Shown here piece by piece: positions 38,131-47,374 of a stretch of 64,000 bases of DNA. Source of the DNA: Acholeplasmataceae bacterium (GTDB taxonomy: Bacteria; Bacillota_I; Bacilli_A; ML615J-28; CAG-313); assembly GCA_012838545.1 (NCBI GenBank), contig DUPC01000031.1:34148-98147 (forward strand), written 5' to 3'. A program made the position numbers and the translations under genes. Positions within the stretch are counted from its first letter, which is position 1; each line of letters opens with the position of its first letter. Under the pieces are notes generated by a model. That model did no database searches. It saw only the letters and a list, made by a program, of their open reading frames with translations, and was not told where the DNA came from.

Positions 38131-39813
38131 ATGGTAAAGAAAGTTTACGCCAATTTCGGAAAAATAATGGTTTTATTTATTTTGTTGTTTATGCTTGCGG
38201 GATGCAAATCCGAAATAACCGAAGAAAAAATCGAAGAATTGAAAACACAAATCCCCGACATGATTTTTTTAAATGATTTAATAAGTCTACCTTCCGAAAT
38301 AAAGGGAAATAAAATTACTTTCAGTGTTAATAAAGCGGGGTATATCGACGAAAGCGGTAAAGTTGTCAAAGCTGAAACCCATGACGTATCTTTGATATTT
38401 ACCGTATTTGCAAACGAAAAGCCCTTGTTTGAGAAAAAAGTAATTCTATCGCAAAAAATAGACGTCTTATTTAATGAGATTGAGAAATATGTTCGTTCAT
38501 TCATCCGCCATCGGACCGGCAACAATATCTATTTGGTTTCCAAATATTATGATTACGATGATATTTCTTTTGTTTATCAATCCAATCGAGTCGATATTAT
38601 CGATCATGACGGAACGCATCATTCCCATGAATATGACGAACCGGTTGTAATTGACGTTACGGTTAACGCCAGGGGGAGGACGCATCAATTTTCCATTGAG
38701 GTGGAAGCGGTTGGTGTACCGGATTACGAAAAATTAAACCGCGTTCAAACTTGGCTTGACGAATACATGGAAACAGTTGGATTTTTTGATGACATGGAAT
38801 TGCCAAAAACCCACCCTCAGTACGGAGGAATTATCAAATGGATTGCATCGGACCCTTTGGTGGTTATCGGACACAACCGATTTTTTTTGCCTAAGGAAGC
38901 CAAAAGGGTTGCTTTAATGGCGGAAATCACTTTTCCCGGCGGGGATAAGAAAAGCGAATATCTTTTCGATTTGCCGAGTTCTTCAATTGACGATTTGACC
39001 CGCGCTCAAAGATTTTTGGAAATTTGCTTTGAGGAAGATATGAACGAATTTTTCGTTTTATATGAGGGCACATCACCAAATATCACCCAAAATCTTCTTG
39101 AAGGAAATCCCAAAAACAAGCTTTACGGAGAAAAAAGGGAAGAACTGGATTTAGCGAATTTGGACAAATGGTTCTATCCGGGTTATGTAAAACCAAACGA
39201 GGATAATTTATTATTTATTGTAGTTCATGAAACCGGTATCAGAACTCCGGAAAAAAACGCTCAGTTTTATAGCGAATTTCAATATAATAAAGCTTATGTT
39301 GTGGATGAAGTGGATGCTTGGACTTCGTGGCACTATACCGTGGATGACCATTCCATATATCAAAGTTATCAAGATCAAACCGAATGTTGGCATGCAGGAA
39401 ACGGGGATATATATGGAATCGGCGTGGAAATGTGTATCAACTCGGACGGAAATTACAACGCATCTGTAATCAACAATGCCAGATTAATCGCTTCGCTTTT
39501 AATCAAACACAATTTAGGAATGAAAAGTTTGAAAAAGCATAATGATTACTCGAATAAACCGTGCCCGGAAACAATGCTTCAAAACAGACTTTGGTTTAAA
39601 TTCCAGAAATTGATAAGCCATGAGTATGTTTCGCAAGTTCTCCTTTCCCAGTTTGACATAACTTACACATTTGAATTAATCGAGGGGTTAACCGCCTGGC
39701 CGATCAATCAAGTTATATATAATGAAGGCGTAACAGCGGATTCAGTTCAAAATATTTCGGTAAACATTGAGGGAATCGAACTTGCATTTAAGATCGTAGT
39801 TCAAGCGAAGTGA
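38131..39813 (+). CDS. lipoprotein amidase paralog (Amidase_2 C-terminal domain)
   Basis: The lipobox LAGC follows the signal peptide. The protein is collinear with, and clearly homologous to, the 36319..38004 product: it shares the segments KYV.SFI, HEYDE, ELP.THP.YGG.I.WIA.DP, WHYTVDDH and CPETM. Confidence 0.75.
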   Translation: MVKKVYANFGKIMVLFILLFMLAGCKSEITEEKIEELKTQIPDMIFLNDLISLPSEIKGNKITFSVNKAGYIDESGKVVKAETHDVSLIFTVFANEKPLFEKKVILSQKIDVLFNEIEKYVRSFIRHRTGNNIYLVSKYYDYDDISFVYQSNRVDIIDHDGTHHSHEYDEPVVIDVTVNARGRTHQFSIEVEAVGVPDYEKLNRVQTWLDEYMETVGFFDDMELPKTHPQYGGIIKWIASDPLVVIGHNRFFLPKEAKRVALMAEITFPGGDKKSEYLFDLPSSSIDDLTRAQRFLEICFEEDMNEFFVLYEGTSPNITQNLLEGNPKNKLYGEKREELDLANLDKWFYPGYVKPNEDNLLFIVVHETGIRTPEKNAQFYSEFQYNKAYVVDEVDAWTSWHYTVDDHSIYQSYQDQTECWHAGNGDIYGIGVEMCINSDGNYNASVINNARLIASLLIKHNLGMKSLKKHNDYSNKPCPETMLQNRLWFKFQKLISHEYVSQVLLSQFDITYTFELIEGLTAWPINQVIYNEGVTADSVQNISVNIEGIELAFKIVVQAK

Positions 39814-39878
39814 GGAAATAAACGACTGACAACTAAATCAAGAGAAGTTTTTTTTCAAGTCAAATCCTATTTATTTCT

Positions 39879-39907
39879 TTTACAAAAACCCGTACCTATG
39901 GTATAAT
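39879..39907 (+). promoter_or_regulatory. sigma-A promoter (extended -10) for tmk-holB-ricT operon
   Basis: TTTACA at 39879-39884, a 17-nt spacer, then TGgTATAAT ending at 39907. Confidence 0.45.
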
Positions 39908-39935
39908 TATTGTAATTAGGCGGAGGAATAAAATC

Positions 39936-40577
39936 ATGAACGGATTGTTTATCACCATAGAAGGAAACGACGGAAGCGGTAAAACAACGATAATCAACGG
40001 AATAAAAAAGATGCTTTCCGAAAAAGGCATAGATTATATACAAACCCGGGAACCGGGAGGAAGCGAAATAGCGGAAAAAATCCGTCAGGTTATTTTGGAT
40101 AAAAACAATGACAAGATGGATTCCCGCACCGAAGCTTTGCTTTATGCGGCGAGCCGCCGTCAACATATCGTTGAAGTAGTGCTCCCTGCTTTAAATGCGG
40201 GTAAACTAGTCCTGTGCGATCGATTTGTCGATAGTTCCCTTGCCTATCAAGGATATGCCAGAGGTATCGGAATCGAAGAAGTATATAAAATGAACCAGTT
40301 CGCTACCGAAGGTTTGCTTCCCGATTTGACGATTTACCTAAATGTCTCTCCTCAAGTCGGCATCAAAAGAAAATCCGCCCAAAAAGAATTGGACCGGTTG
40401 GAACAAGAAGGTATCAGCTTTCACGAAAAAGTCTTCCAGGGATATCAAAAAGTGGTGGAAATGTTCCCAAAAAGGATTGTTGCCATTGACGGAGAACGTG
40501 ATGCCCAAGCGGTTATTGATGATACGGTTGTTGTAGTCGAAGGATTTTTAAAACAAAGGATGAACCAAAATGACTAA
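39936..40577 (+). CDS. tmk: thymidylate kinase
   Basis: The P-loop is FITIEGNDGSGKTT. Confidence 0.93.
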   Translation: MNGLFITIEGNDGSGKTTIINGIKKMLSEKGIDYIQTREPGGSEIAEKIRQVILDKNNDKMDSRTEALLYAASRRQHIVEVVLPALNAGKLVLCDRFVDSSLAYQGYARGIGIEEVYKMNQFATEGLLPDLTIYLNVSPQVGIKRKSAQKELDRLEQEGISFHEKVFQGYQKVVEMFPKRIVAIDGERDAQAVIDDTVVVVEGFLKQRMNQND

Positions 40578-41541
40578 CTACGCGAAATTATTTGATTATC
40601 AACCAGAAATCGTATCTGCTTTAACCAAGAGTTTCCGAAAAAAACGTCTTGTTCATGCTTATTTGTTTGAAGGCCAAAAAGGCGCGAGGAAAATGGATGC
40701 GGCGGTGTATCTTTCTTCGTTGCTGCTATGCCAAAGCGATAATCCGCCTTGCGGGGTTTGCCCCAATTGTCAAAAGGTAAACAACCTTTCTCACGGAAAT
40801 ATATATATTATCGAACCGGAAAACGAAATAATCAAAAAAGATCAGATTGAAGCTTTGTTGCACGAACTGTCTTCAACTTCTTTGTTTGACGGCAGCCGTA
40901 TATATATTATTAAGGAAGCTCACTTGATGAATACAGCAGCTTCCAATGCTTTGTTGAAGTTTTTGGAAGAACCTCATCCCCAACATTATTTGATTCTGCT
41001 TTCAACGCAGCCGCACCTTTTGCTTGATACGATTAAATCCAGAGTGCAAACACTCCATTTTAATCCCATCTCAAAGAAAAAGATGACCAAAAATCTAAGG
41101 GACAAGGGAATTGCCAAAGATATCGCTTATTGCCTTGCCCATATCACATCAAGCGAAGAAGAAGCGGATGAATTGATAAAAAGCGGGGAAATCATTGACA
41201 TCGTCGCTTTGGCCAAAGATATTCAAAAAGCCAAAAACAACAAACAAGATAGTTATTTGGTTTTTTTGAAAAAGGGAAGATTTCTGTTTGGCGAAGCGAT
41301 ATCCGTTATGCATCATCAAATGCTTTTTGATGTATTAATGCTTTTGGTAAGAGAAAAAATCAAAGCCGTTCACGGCGACGAGGATTTATTCTTTGTCGAT
41401 TGTTTAAAAAATATCGATAAAGAAAAAGAAACGCCTGAAGGACTGATACGTCAGTTGGAAGTTATGAACAAATACCAGGAACGAATAAAATACCATGTCA
41501 ATATGGAGTTGTTGTACGCGAGTATGTTTCTCGAATTTTAG
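40570..41541 (+). CDS. holB: DNA polymerase III subunit delta-prime
   Basis: AAA+ clamp-loader fold with a Zn-module (CGVCPNCQK). The SRC-like motif is degenerated, as in delta-prime. tmk-holB synteny supports the call. Confidence 0.85.
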   Translation: MTNYAKLFDYQPEIVSALTKSFRKKRLVHAYLFEGQKGARKMDAAVYLSSLLLCQSDNPPCGVCPNCQKVNNLSHGNIYIIEPENEIIKKDQIEALLHELSSTSLFDGSRIYIIKEAHLMNTAASNALLKFLEEPHPQHYLILLSTQPHLLLDTIKSRVQTLHFNPISKKKMTKNLRDKGIAKDIAYCLAHITSSEEEADELIKSGEIIDIVALAKDIQKAKNNKQDSYLVFLKKGRFLFGEAISVMHHQMLFDVLMLLVREKIKAVHGDEDLFFVDCLKNIDKEKETPEGLIRQLEVMNKYQERIKYHVNMELLYASMFLEF

Positions 41542-41550
41542 GAGGTAAAT

Positions 41551-42372
41551 GTGGTTAATATTGTCGGAATTCAATTTAAAGGAGTTGGCCGAATCTATTA
41601 TTTCGATCCTGCCGGCGAGGAATATCAAGTTAACGATTATGTGATTGTAGAAACAGTTCGCGGTTTGGAATTGGGCAAAGTAATTATACCCAATCAATTA
41701 ATTGATGAATCATCGATTGAAAACGAATTGAAACCAATTATACGCAGAGCTACCGAAGAGGATTTTGAACAAGAAAAACGCAACCAAGAACAAGCAATGT
41801 ACAGTTTTGAATTTTTTAAGAATGCGGTGGAAAAATCAGGATTGGAAATGAAGCCTCTGTATTGCGAATATACCATTGACCGCCAGAAAGTTATTTTTTA
41901 TTATACGGCGGACGACCGGGTGGATTTTCGTGATTTGTTAAAAGTTTTAACACCCGAATTTGCCATGAGGGTAGAACTTAGACAAATCGGTCCTAGGGAA
42001 GCTGCGCGTTGCGTGGGCGGTCTCGGAACTTGTGGCAAGCCATTGTGTTGCGCCAGTCATTTGAGGGATTTCAATGTGGTAACCATGAAAATGGCCAAGG
42101 ATCAACAAATGAGTTTGAATACTACTAAAATCAGCGGAGCTTGTGGAAAATTGATGTGTTGCATTGCCTACGAAAACGAACTTTACCAGGAAGCCAAAAA
42201 GGAAATGCCCCCCATCAATTCTTGGGTTAAAACGCCAACCTGCGATGCATGCAAGGTCGTCGGTTTGGACTATTTAAAGAAAACCGTTAAAACCTTGGAA
42301 GGCGAGGCGATTGTTCCTGTAACCCATCAGCTTCACGAAGTAGAATTAATTACCGAAAAAAAAGATAAATGA
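41551..42372 (+). CDS. ricT: PSP1-domain regulator RicT (YaaT)
   Basis: PSP1 C-terminal domain with a Cys cluster (CGKPLCC...CGKLMCC). It lies downstream of holB, as B. subtilis yaaT does. Confidence 0.8.
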   Translation: MVNIVGIQFKGVGRIYYFDPAGEEYQVNDYVIVETVRGLELGKVIIPNQLIDESSIENELKPIIRRATEEDFEQEKRNQEQAMYSFEFFKNAVEKSGLEMKPLYCEYTIDRQKVIFYYTADDRVDFRDLLKVLTPEFAMRVELRQIGPREAARCVGGLGTCGKPLCCASHLRDFNVVTMKMAKDQQMSLNTTKISGACGKLMCCIAYENELYQEAKKEMPPINSWVKTPTCDACKVVGLDYLKKTVKTLEGEAIVPVTHQLHEVELITEKKDK

Positions 42373-43124
42373 GTATGAAAGAAGTAATCAATGATTTATT
42401 AGGATATGAAGGCTTGAAAATCATACAACGGCCGGATATGTTCAATTTTTCCCTTGACTCAACGCTTCTGGCCTCGTTTGTAACGATTAACAAAGCCGAT
42501 AAAATGATTGTTGATTTGGGGTGTGGCAATGCGCCCATTCCCCTTTTTTTGTCTCTTAAGACCAATGCGCATATATATGGTATTGAAATTCAACCGGAAA
42601 TTGTTGATTTGGCGAAACGAAGCGTAGCTGTAAATAAATTGGATTATCAAATAACCATCATTGAAGAAGATATTAAAAACGCCTATCTGAAACTGGGCGT
42701 ATCCAGTTTTGATGTTGTTACTTGCAATCCTCCGTACTTTATTTATAAAGAAACAAGCAACACCAACAAAAACGATTATTTGACCATTGCTCGCCACGAA
42801 GTAAAGATTACTCTTGAAGAAGTGCTTTTAAGCGCCAATCGCTTACTGAAAGAGGGGGGGCGTTTGGCGATGGTTCACCGGACTGACCGGTTAATCGATG
42901 TCCTTGATGCTTTCAGAAAATACGGTATCGAACCGAAACGCTTGCGTTTTGTATATCCTAAGACGTCGTCAAAAGAGAGTTTGATAATATTAATTGAAGG
43001 CATGAAAAGCAAGAAAAAAGGGAACTTGAAAGTGCTCCCTCCGCTTTATGTTTACAAGGAAAACAATACATATACCGACGAAATCTTGGAAATCTTTAGG
43101 TACCGCGGTCGAGGTGGTGAATAA
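42369..43124 (+). CDS. trmN6: tRNA1(Val) (adenine37-N6)-methyltransferase (YabB/TrmN6-like)
   Basis: SAM-binding motif DLGCGNA and the N6-MTase NPPYF motif. Sits in the yabB position by synteny. Confidence 0.6.
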   Translation: MSMKEVINDLLGYEGLKIIQRPDMFNFSLDSTLLASFVTINKADKMIVDLGCGNAPIPLFLSLKTNAHIYGIEIQPEIVDLAKRSVAVNKLDYQITIIEEDIKNAYLKLGVSSFDVVTCNPPYFIYKETSNTNKNDYLTIARHEVKITLEEVLLSANRLLKEGGRLAMVHRTDRLIDVLDAFRKYGIEPKRLRFVYPKTSSKESLIILIEGMKSKKKGNLKVLPPLYVYKENNTYTDEILEIFRYRGRGGE

Positions 43125-43985
43125 ATGAAAAGACAAAAATCATTTGATAACGATAATGCAAAATTATATATTGTTTCCACACCCATCGGCAACCTTGAGG
43201 ATATCACTTTGCGAGCTATCAACACCTTGAAAACGGTGGATTTAATATATTGCGAAGATACCAGAAACACTGTAAAGTTGCTTAACCATTTTGATATCCA
43301 AACAAAAATGAAAAGTTTTCACCTTTTTAATGAAAATGAAATAACTGCCGAGATAATTGAAAAAGTTAAAAGCGGTTTGAACATTGCCTTGGTGAGTGAT
43401 GCGGGGAGCCCATGCATCAGCGATCCCGGATGGATTCTGGTAAACGAAGCCATCAAAAACGAAATTGATGTTATCGTTGTTCCGGGGGTGGTTGCGGGAG
43501 TTATGGCTTTGGTTGGATCTGGTTTATCCACCGAGCGGTTTATGTTTTATGGTTTTTTGCCCCATAAACAAAATAAAAGGTGCGAAGAATTGAAAATTTT
43601 AAAAAACCGCATCGAAACCGTTATTCTATACGAAGCTCCCCATCGCATCAAAGCAACGCTTTCAGATATTGATTCCATCATGCCCGAACGCAGAATCGTG
43701 CTTGCCAGGGAACTTACCAAAAGGTTTGAAGAATACTATCGGGGATATCCCAGAGAAATCCTTGAGGAATTGGATATCGTCAAGGGCGAAATGGTTATAA
43801 TCCTTGAAGGAAACAACGAAAACGAAAAAGACGAGGAATTAAATAATTTAAGCATCGAAGAACATTATCAATTTTATCTAAAACAAGGGTTCGACAGTAA
43901 ACTTGCCTTAAAACAAGTGGCAACCGATCGCGGAATTCCTAAAAGGAATATATATCAAACATTATTTAAAAAAGAAGCTGAGTAA
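43125..43985 (+). CDS. rsmI: 16S rRNA (cytidine1402-2'-O)-methyltransferase
   Basis: LYIVSTPIGNLEDIT..CEDTR tetrapyrrole-methylase fold. Sits in the yabC position. Confidence 0.88.
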   Translation: MKRQKSFDNDNAKLYIVSTPIGNLEDITLRAINTLKTVDLIYCEDTRNTVKLLNHFDIQTKMKSFHLFNENEITAEIIEKVKSGLNIALVSDAGSPCISDPGWILVNEAIKNEIDVIVVPGVVAGVMALVGSGLSTERFMFYGFLPHKQNKRCEELKILKNRIETVILYEAPHRIKATLSDIDSIMPERRIVLARELTKRFEEYYRGYPREILEELDIVKGEMVIILEGNNENEKDEELNNLSIEEHYQFYLKQGFDSKLALKQVATDRGIPKRNIYQTLFKKEAE

Positions 43986-44038
43986 ACATGGACTAGTTCT
44001 ACTGTCAGCTTCTTTTTGTTTTGGTTATATTATTTTTA

Positions 44039-45457
44039 TTATCTTTTATTTATGATTTCGTTAATGCTTTCTATATCGGAATAAGCAATTTTTTCTCCTT
44101 TTTCGGTTTGGGTGGTTTCTCTGCCTTTTCCGGTTACCAAGACGATATCTCCCGGTTTGGACATGGCGATGCCTAAAGAAATGGCGCTTTTTCGGTTCGT
44201 GATTTTGGAATAGTTGGTTTTGGTAACCGAAGAAGTCATCTGGTTTATAATATCCATTGGGTTTTCGTCATAGGGGTCTTCCGTGGTAAATACCACATAA
44301 TCCGCTAGTTCTGTGGCGATTTTTCCCATGAGGGGACGTTTGGTTTGATCTTTGTTTCCGGTTGCTCCACAAACAATAATCAATTGTCCGTCGGTTTTTT
44401 TCCTAACCTCGGTTAGCAAATTGGCGATAGAATTCGGGGTATGCGCAAAATCTATATATATATCCGCTTTGTTGACGGAAGCAATTTTTTCCAACCTTCC
44501 GGGGACGATAGGCGTACTGGCTAACCGTTTTTTTATTAGCGATAAGGGAATGCCTTCTTTTAAAGCAATGATTATTCCCGGCAAAGCATTTAATAAGTTA
44601 TAGGTTTCCGGTTTATTCAGTTTAAACCCTTGATAGATATTATTCTCGGTTTTGATGTCAAAAGTTAGATAGTTTTTTGTGAATTCAATATTTACAGCCT
44701 GAAAAGACGAAGGTTTATTGATACTGAAGGTGATGAGTTTTTTTATATCTCTAAAGCGGTTGGCATATATATCGTCTTGATTTATAATTGCCGCGCCGTG
44801 GGGTTTTAAGTGTTTAAACAATTGAAATTTGGCTGCGAAATACTCATCCATGGTTTTGTGGGTATTAAGGTGTTCATGGCTTAAATTGGTGAAGATTGCA
44901 TAATCGAACCTTATAGTCTCAATCCGTTTTCCGATTATACCTTCCGAAGATACTTCCATAGTGGCATGGGAAATGCCTTGCCTGACAAATTCATTTAAAA
45001 GACGGTACGATTCCGAAAGGAGCGGTGTGGTAAAAAGGTTTGGGTAAGTTTTTTCATTATATATAATTCCGTTTGTCCCTATTAGGGCAGAGTTAAAACG
45101 GCCGTTTAATAAGTGATTGATGATTGCGCATGTGGTGGTTTTTCCGTCGGTTCCCGTTACGCCTGTCAAAACTAGATTTTCGCAAGGATCGCCGTAAAAG
45201 ATTTTTAACAAGCGAAGCAATTCTTTAAAAGAGTTATCTACCACGATTACCGGAACCGTTGCTTGAAAATAGGAAGATTCCAAAATAATGGCGCTTGCTC
45301 CTTTTAGAGTAGCTTCAAGAATAAATTCAACACCTTTAAACTTGCTTCCCGAAAGCGGGACAAACAAAAAACCGGGTTGAACAAAACGCGAGTCTGTTGC
45401 AATTCCGGTAATTTGTGCATCTTGATGTACTTGAGGATACAATTCTTTTAAACGCAC
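44039..45457 (-). CDS. murE: UDP-N-acetylmuramoyl-L-alanyl-D-glutamate--2,6-diaminopimelate (or L-Lys) ligase
   Basis: Mur ligase P-loop GVTGTDGKTTT and the MurE motif DFAHTPNS. The start is GTG, preceded by the RBS GGTGA. Confidence 0.85.
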   Translation of the reverse strand: MRLKELYPQVHQDAQITGIATDSRFVQPGFLFVPLSGSKFKGVEFILEATLKGASAIILESSYFQATVPVIVVDNSFKELLRLLKIFYGDPCENLVLTGVTGTDGKTTTCAIINHLLNGRFNSALIGTNGIIYNEKTYPNLFTTPLLSESYRLLNEFVRQGISHATMEVSSEGIIGKRIETIRFDYAIFTNLSHEHLNTHKTMDEYFAAKFQLFKHLKPHGAAIINQDDIYANRFRDIKKLITFSINKPSSFQAVNIEFTKNYLTFDIKTENNIYQGFKLNKPETYNLLNALPGIIIALKEGIPLSLIKKRLASTPIVPGRLEKIASVNKADIYIDFAHTPNSIANLLTEVRKKTDGQLIIVCGATGNKDQTKRPLMGKIATELADYVVFTTEDPYDENPMDIINQMTSSVTKTNYSKITNRKSAISLGIAMSKPGDIVLVTGKGRETTQTEKGEKIAYSDIESINEIINKR

Positions 45458-45496
45458 AAGATTTCACCATATATATTATATGGGGAAAATAGTGCT

Positions 45497-47134
45497 TTAA
45501 TGTAAAGGAACAAGGAAGGAATAAGCAGAAAAGTTCTTATAAAAACAAATATATGCTTCGTCCTTGCTGGCGACGACAACACTGTTTCTAAAAAAGTCTT
45601 CTTTGGTGAAAGGTTTGATTTTTTCTTCGATTAGAGAGACCAAATCTTTCTTTTCGATTTTTCTAAAATCAATCCACCATTTCTTCGGTCTGGTTTTTGA
45701 TCTATCCAAATAATCTTGGATTACCAAAAACTCCAGTTTTTGAGAATATTCAGATATATTATCTTTTAAAAAGGAAGCAAATAAACGGTATAAACTATCC
45801 CGTTGATAAGAAGAAAAAGAAAATTTGTTGGCTTTCAAATAGTCGTAAAAAGCCAAAAAGAAATGGTAATAGGAATCAATTAAGTTATTTACAAAAATGA
45901 ATAGCAAGGTTTTGGGAAACCATTTGGAATTATAAATTTTGTTCAAGACAAACTCAACTTTTTTGCTTTCCGTTAAGTCGCTTTCCTTTAATAAATCGTT
46001 TCGAGTGATTTCGTAAGGCGGATTTTTACTGTATTTATACCCAAACTCTTCGACCAAATCGAGCATTCTGGTCCCCCTCAAAAACTTCAAAAAGCCTAAT
46101 TGAAGCTCGGTGGGTTGCCAAGAAATGACCTCGTTAAAGGAAGAAATTACCGAATCTTTGGTTTCCGAGGGGAGTCCCACAATGAGATCAAGGTGTAGTT
46201 CAATGTTGGTATTTTGTCTGATTGCTAGGATATTTTCCTTTAGTAATTTTAAGTTTTGTCGGCGATTTACCGCCACATTTACCTCTTCGTTTGTTGATTG
46301 AATGCCGATTTCGAAACGGATAAAACGGGAGTTTACGGTAGATAAATACTCGATTATTTCTTTATCCAAAAGATCCGCAACTATTTCAAATTGGAAAACC
46401 GTAGCAATGTTTTCTTCTTCAATCAGTTTTAGAATTGTTAAAAAATACTTTTTATTGATATTAAAGGTTCGATCCAAAAACTTTACAATCGGAACTCTTT
46501 TTTTGATGGCCTCTTTGATGATTCCCGTAACCTTTTCCAACGGAAAAAACCTAACTCGTTTTTCCAGCGAAGACAAACAGTAACTACAATCAAACGGGCA
46601 ACCCCGGCTTGATTCCAGATACAAAATTCGCTTGTGGTAATCCGTAACGCTTAAAGGAGCAATATTGATTTTGTTTAAGTCGGGCAGTATCATCGGGTTT
46701 TGAATAAACCTATCGTCTCGAAAATAAGATAGAGACGGTACATTCGATAATTCCCCATCGCCATTTAAGGCCATCAGCAGGTTGCTAAAAGCAACTTCCC
46801 CTTCACCACGGATTAAAAAGTCCGCTTTGGTTTCTTTTAAGAAATGGTTGGCGTTGTAGCTTACTTCTGGTCCGCCTAAAACAATTTTGATTTCCGGATG
46901 ATTATTTTTTAAAAGCCGGGATAATTTGATTACGTGAGTGATATTCCACAAATAACAGCTGAAACCGATTAGCTGGGGATTTTCCCCAATTAAGTCGCGG
47001 TAGATTTTGTCAATGCTTTCTTTAATTGTGAATTCTTTGATTTTCACCTCAAATGAGGTGTTGGCTTTTAATTGGTATAAAGCGATTGACGGATGGATGT
47101 ATTTGGCATTGATGCCAACAAGAACGGTTTTCAT
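45497..47134 (-). CDS. B12-binding domain-containing radical SAM protein (DUF4080-type)
   Basis: N-terminal B12-binding region, radical SAM motif CPFDCSYC and a long C-terminal DUF-like extension. Start is at the internal Met at 47134, preceded by the RBS TGAGGT. It ends 39 nt upstream of murE on the same strand. Confidence 0.75.
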   Translation of the reverse strand: MKTVLVGINAKYIHPSIALYQLKANTSFEVKIKEFTIKESIDKIYRDLIGENPQLIGFSCYLWNITHVIKLSRLLKNNHPEIKIVLGGPEVSYNANHFLKETKADFLIRGEGEVAFSNLLMALNGDGELSNVPSLSYFRDDRFIQNPMILPDLNKINIAPLSVTDYHKRILYLESSRGCPFDCSYCLSSLEKRVRFFPLEKVTGIIKEAIKKRVPIVKFLDRTFNINKKYFLTILKLIEEENIATVFQFEIVADLLDKEIIEYLSTVNSRFIRFEIGIQSTNEEVNVAVNRRQNLKLLKENILAIRQNTNIELHLDLIVGLPSETKDSVISSFNEVISWQPTELQLGFLKFLRGTRMLDLVEEFGYKYSKNPPYEITRNDLLKESDLTESKKVEFVLNKIYNSKWFPKTLLFIFVNNLIDSYYHFFLAFYDYLKANKFSFSSYQRDSLYRLFASFLKDNISEYSQKLEFLVIQDYLDRSKTRPKKWWIDFRKIEKKDLVSLIEEKIKPFTKEDFFRNSVVVASKDEAYICFYKNFSAYSFLVPLH

Positions 47135-47295
47135 ACTAATTACCTCAAACATAGTATACCACATTTGTTTCGCCGATTGCCAAAAAAACCAAAAGGGCAA
47201 ATATTCATGATAAAACTTTCAAAATTTGGTTAAAATAATGGAAACGCATTCATAAAAATAGGAAAATTCAAAGGGTAATACATTGATAATATTGT

Positions 47296-47324
47296 TTGCA
47301 TAATATGGTAAGTTGTGCTATAAT
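47296..47324 (+). promoter_or_regulatory. sigma-A promoter (extended -10) for PFOR
   Basis: TTGCAT at 47296-47301, a 17-nt spacer, then TGcTATAAT ending at 47324. Confidence 0.5.
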
Positions 47325-47374
47325 AAGACAGTATACGACTAATGAATAAAAATATATTCGTAAGGAGGAATATA

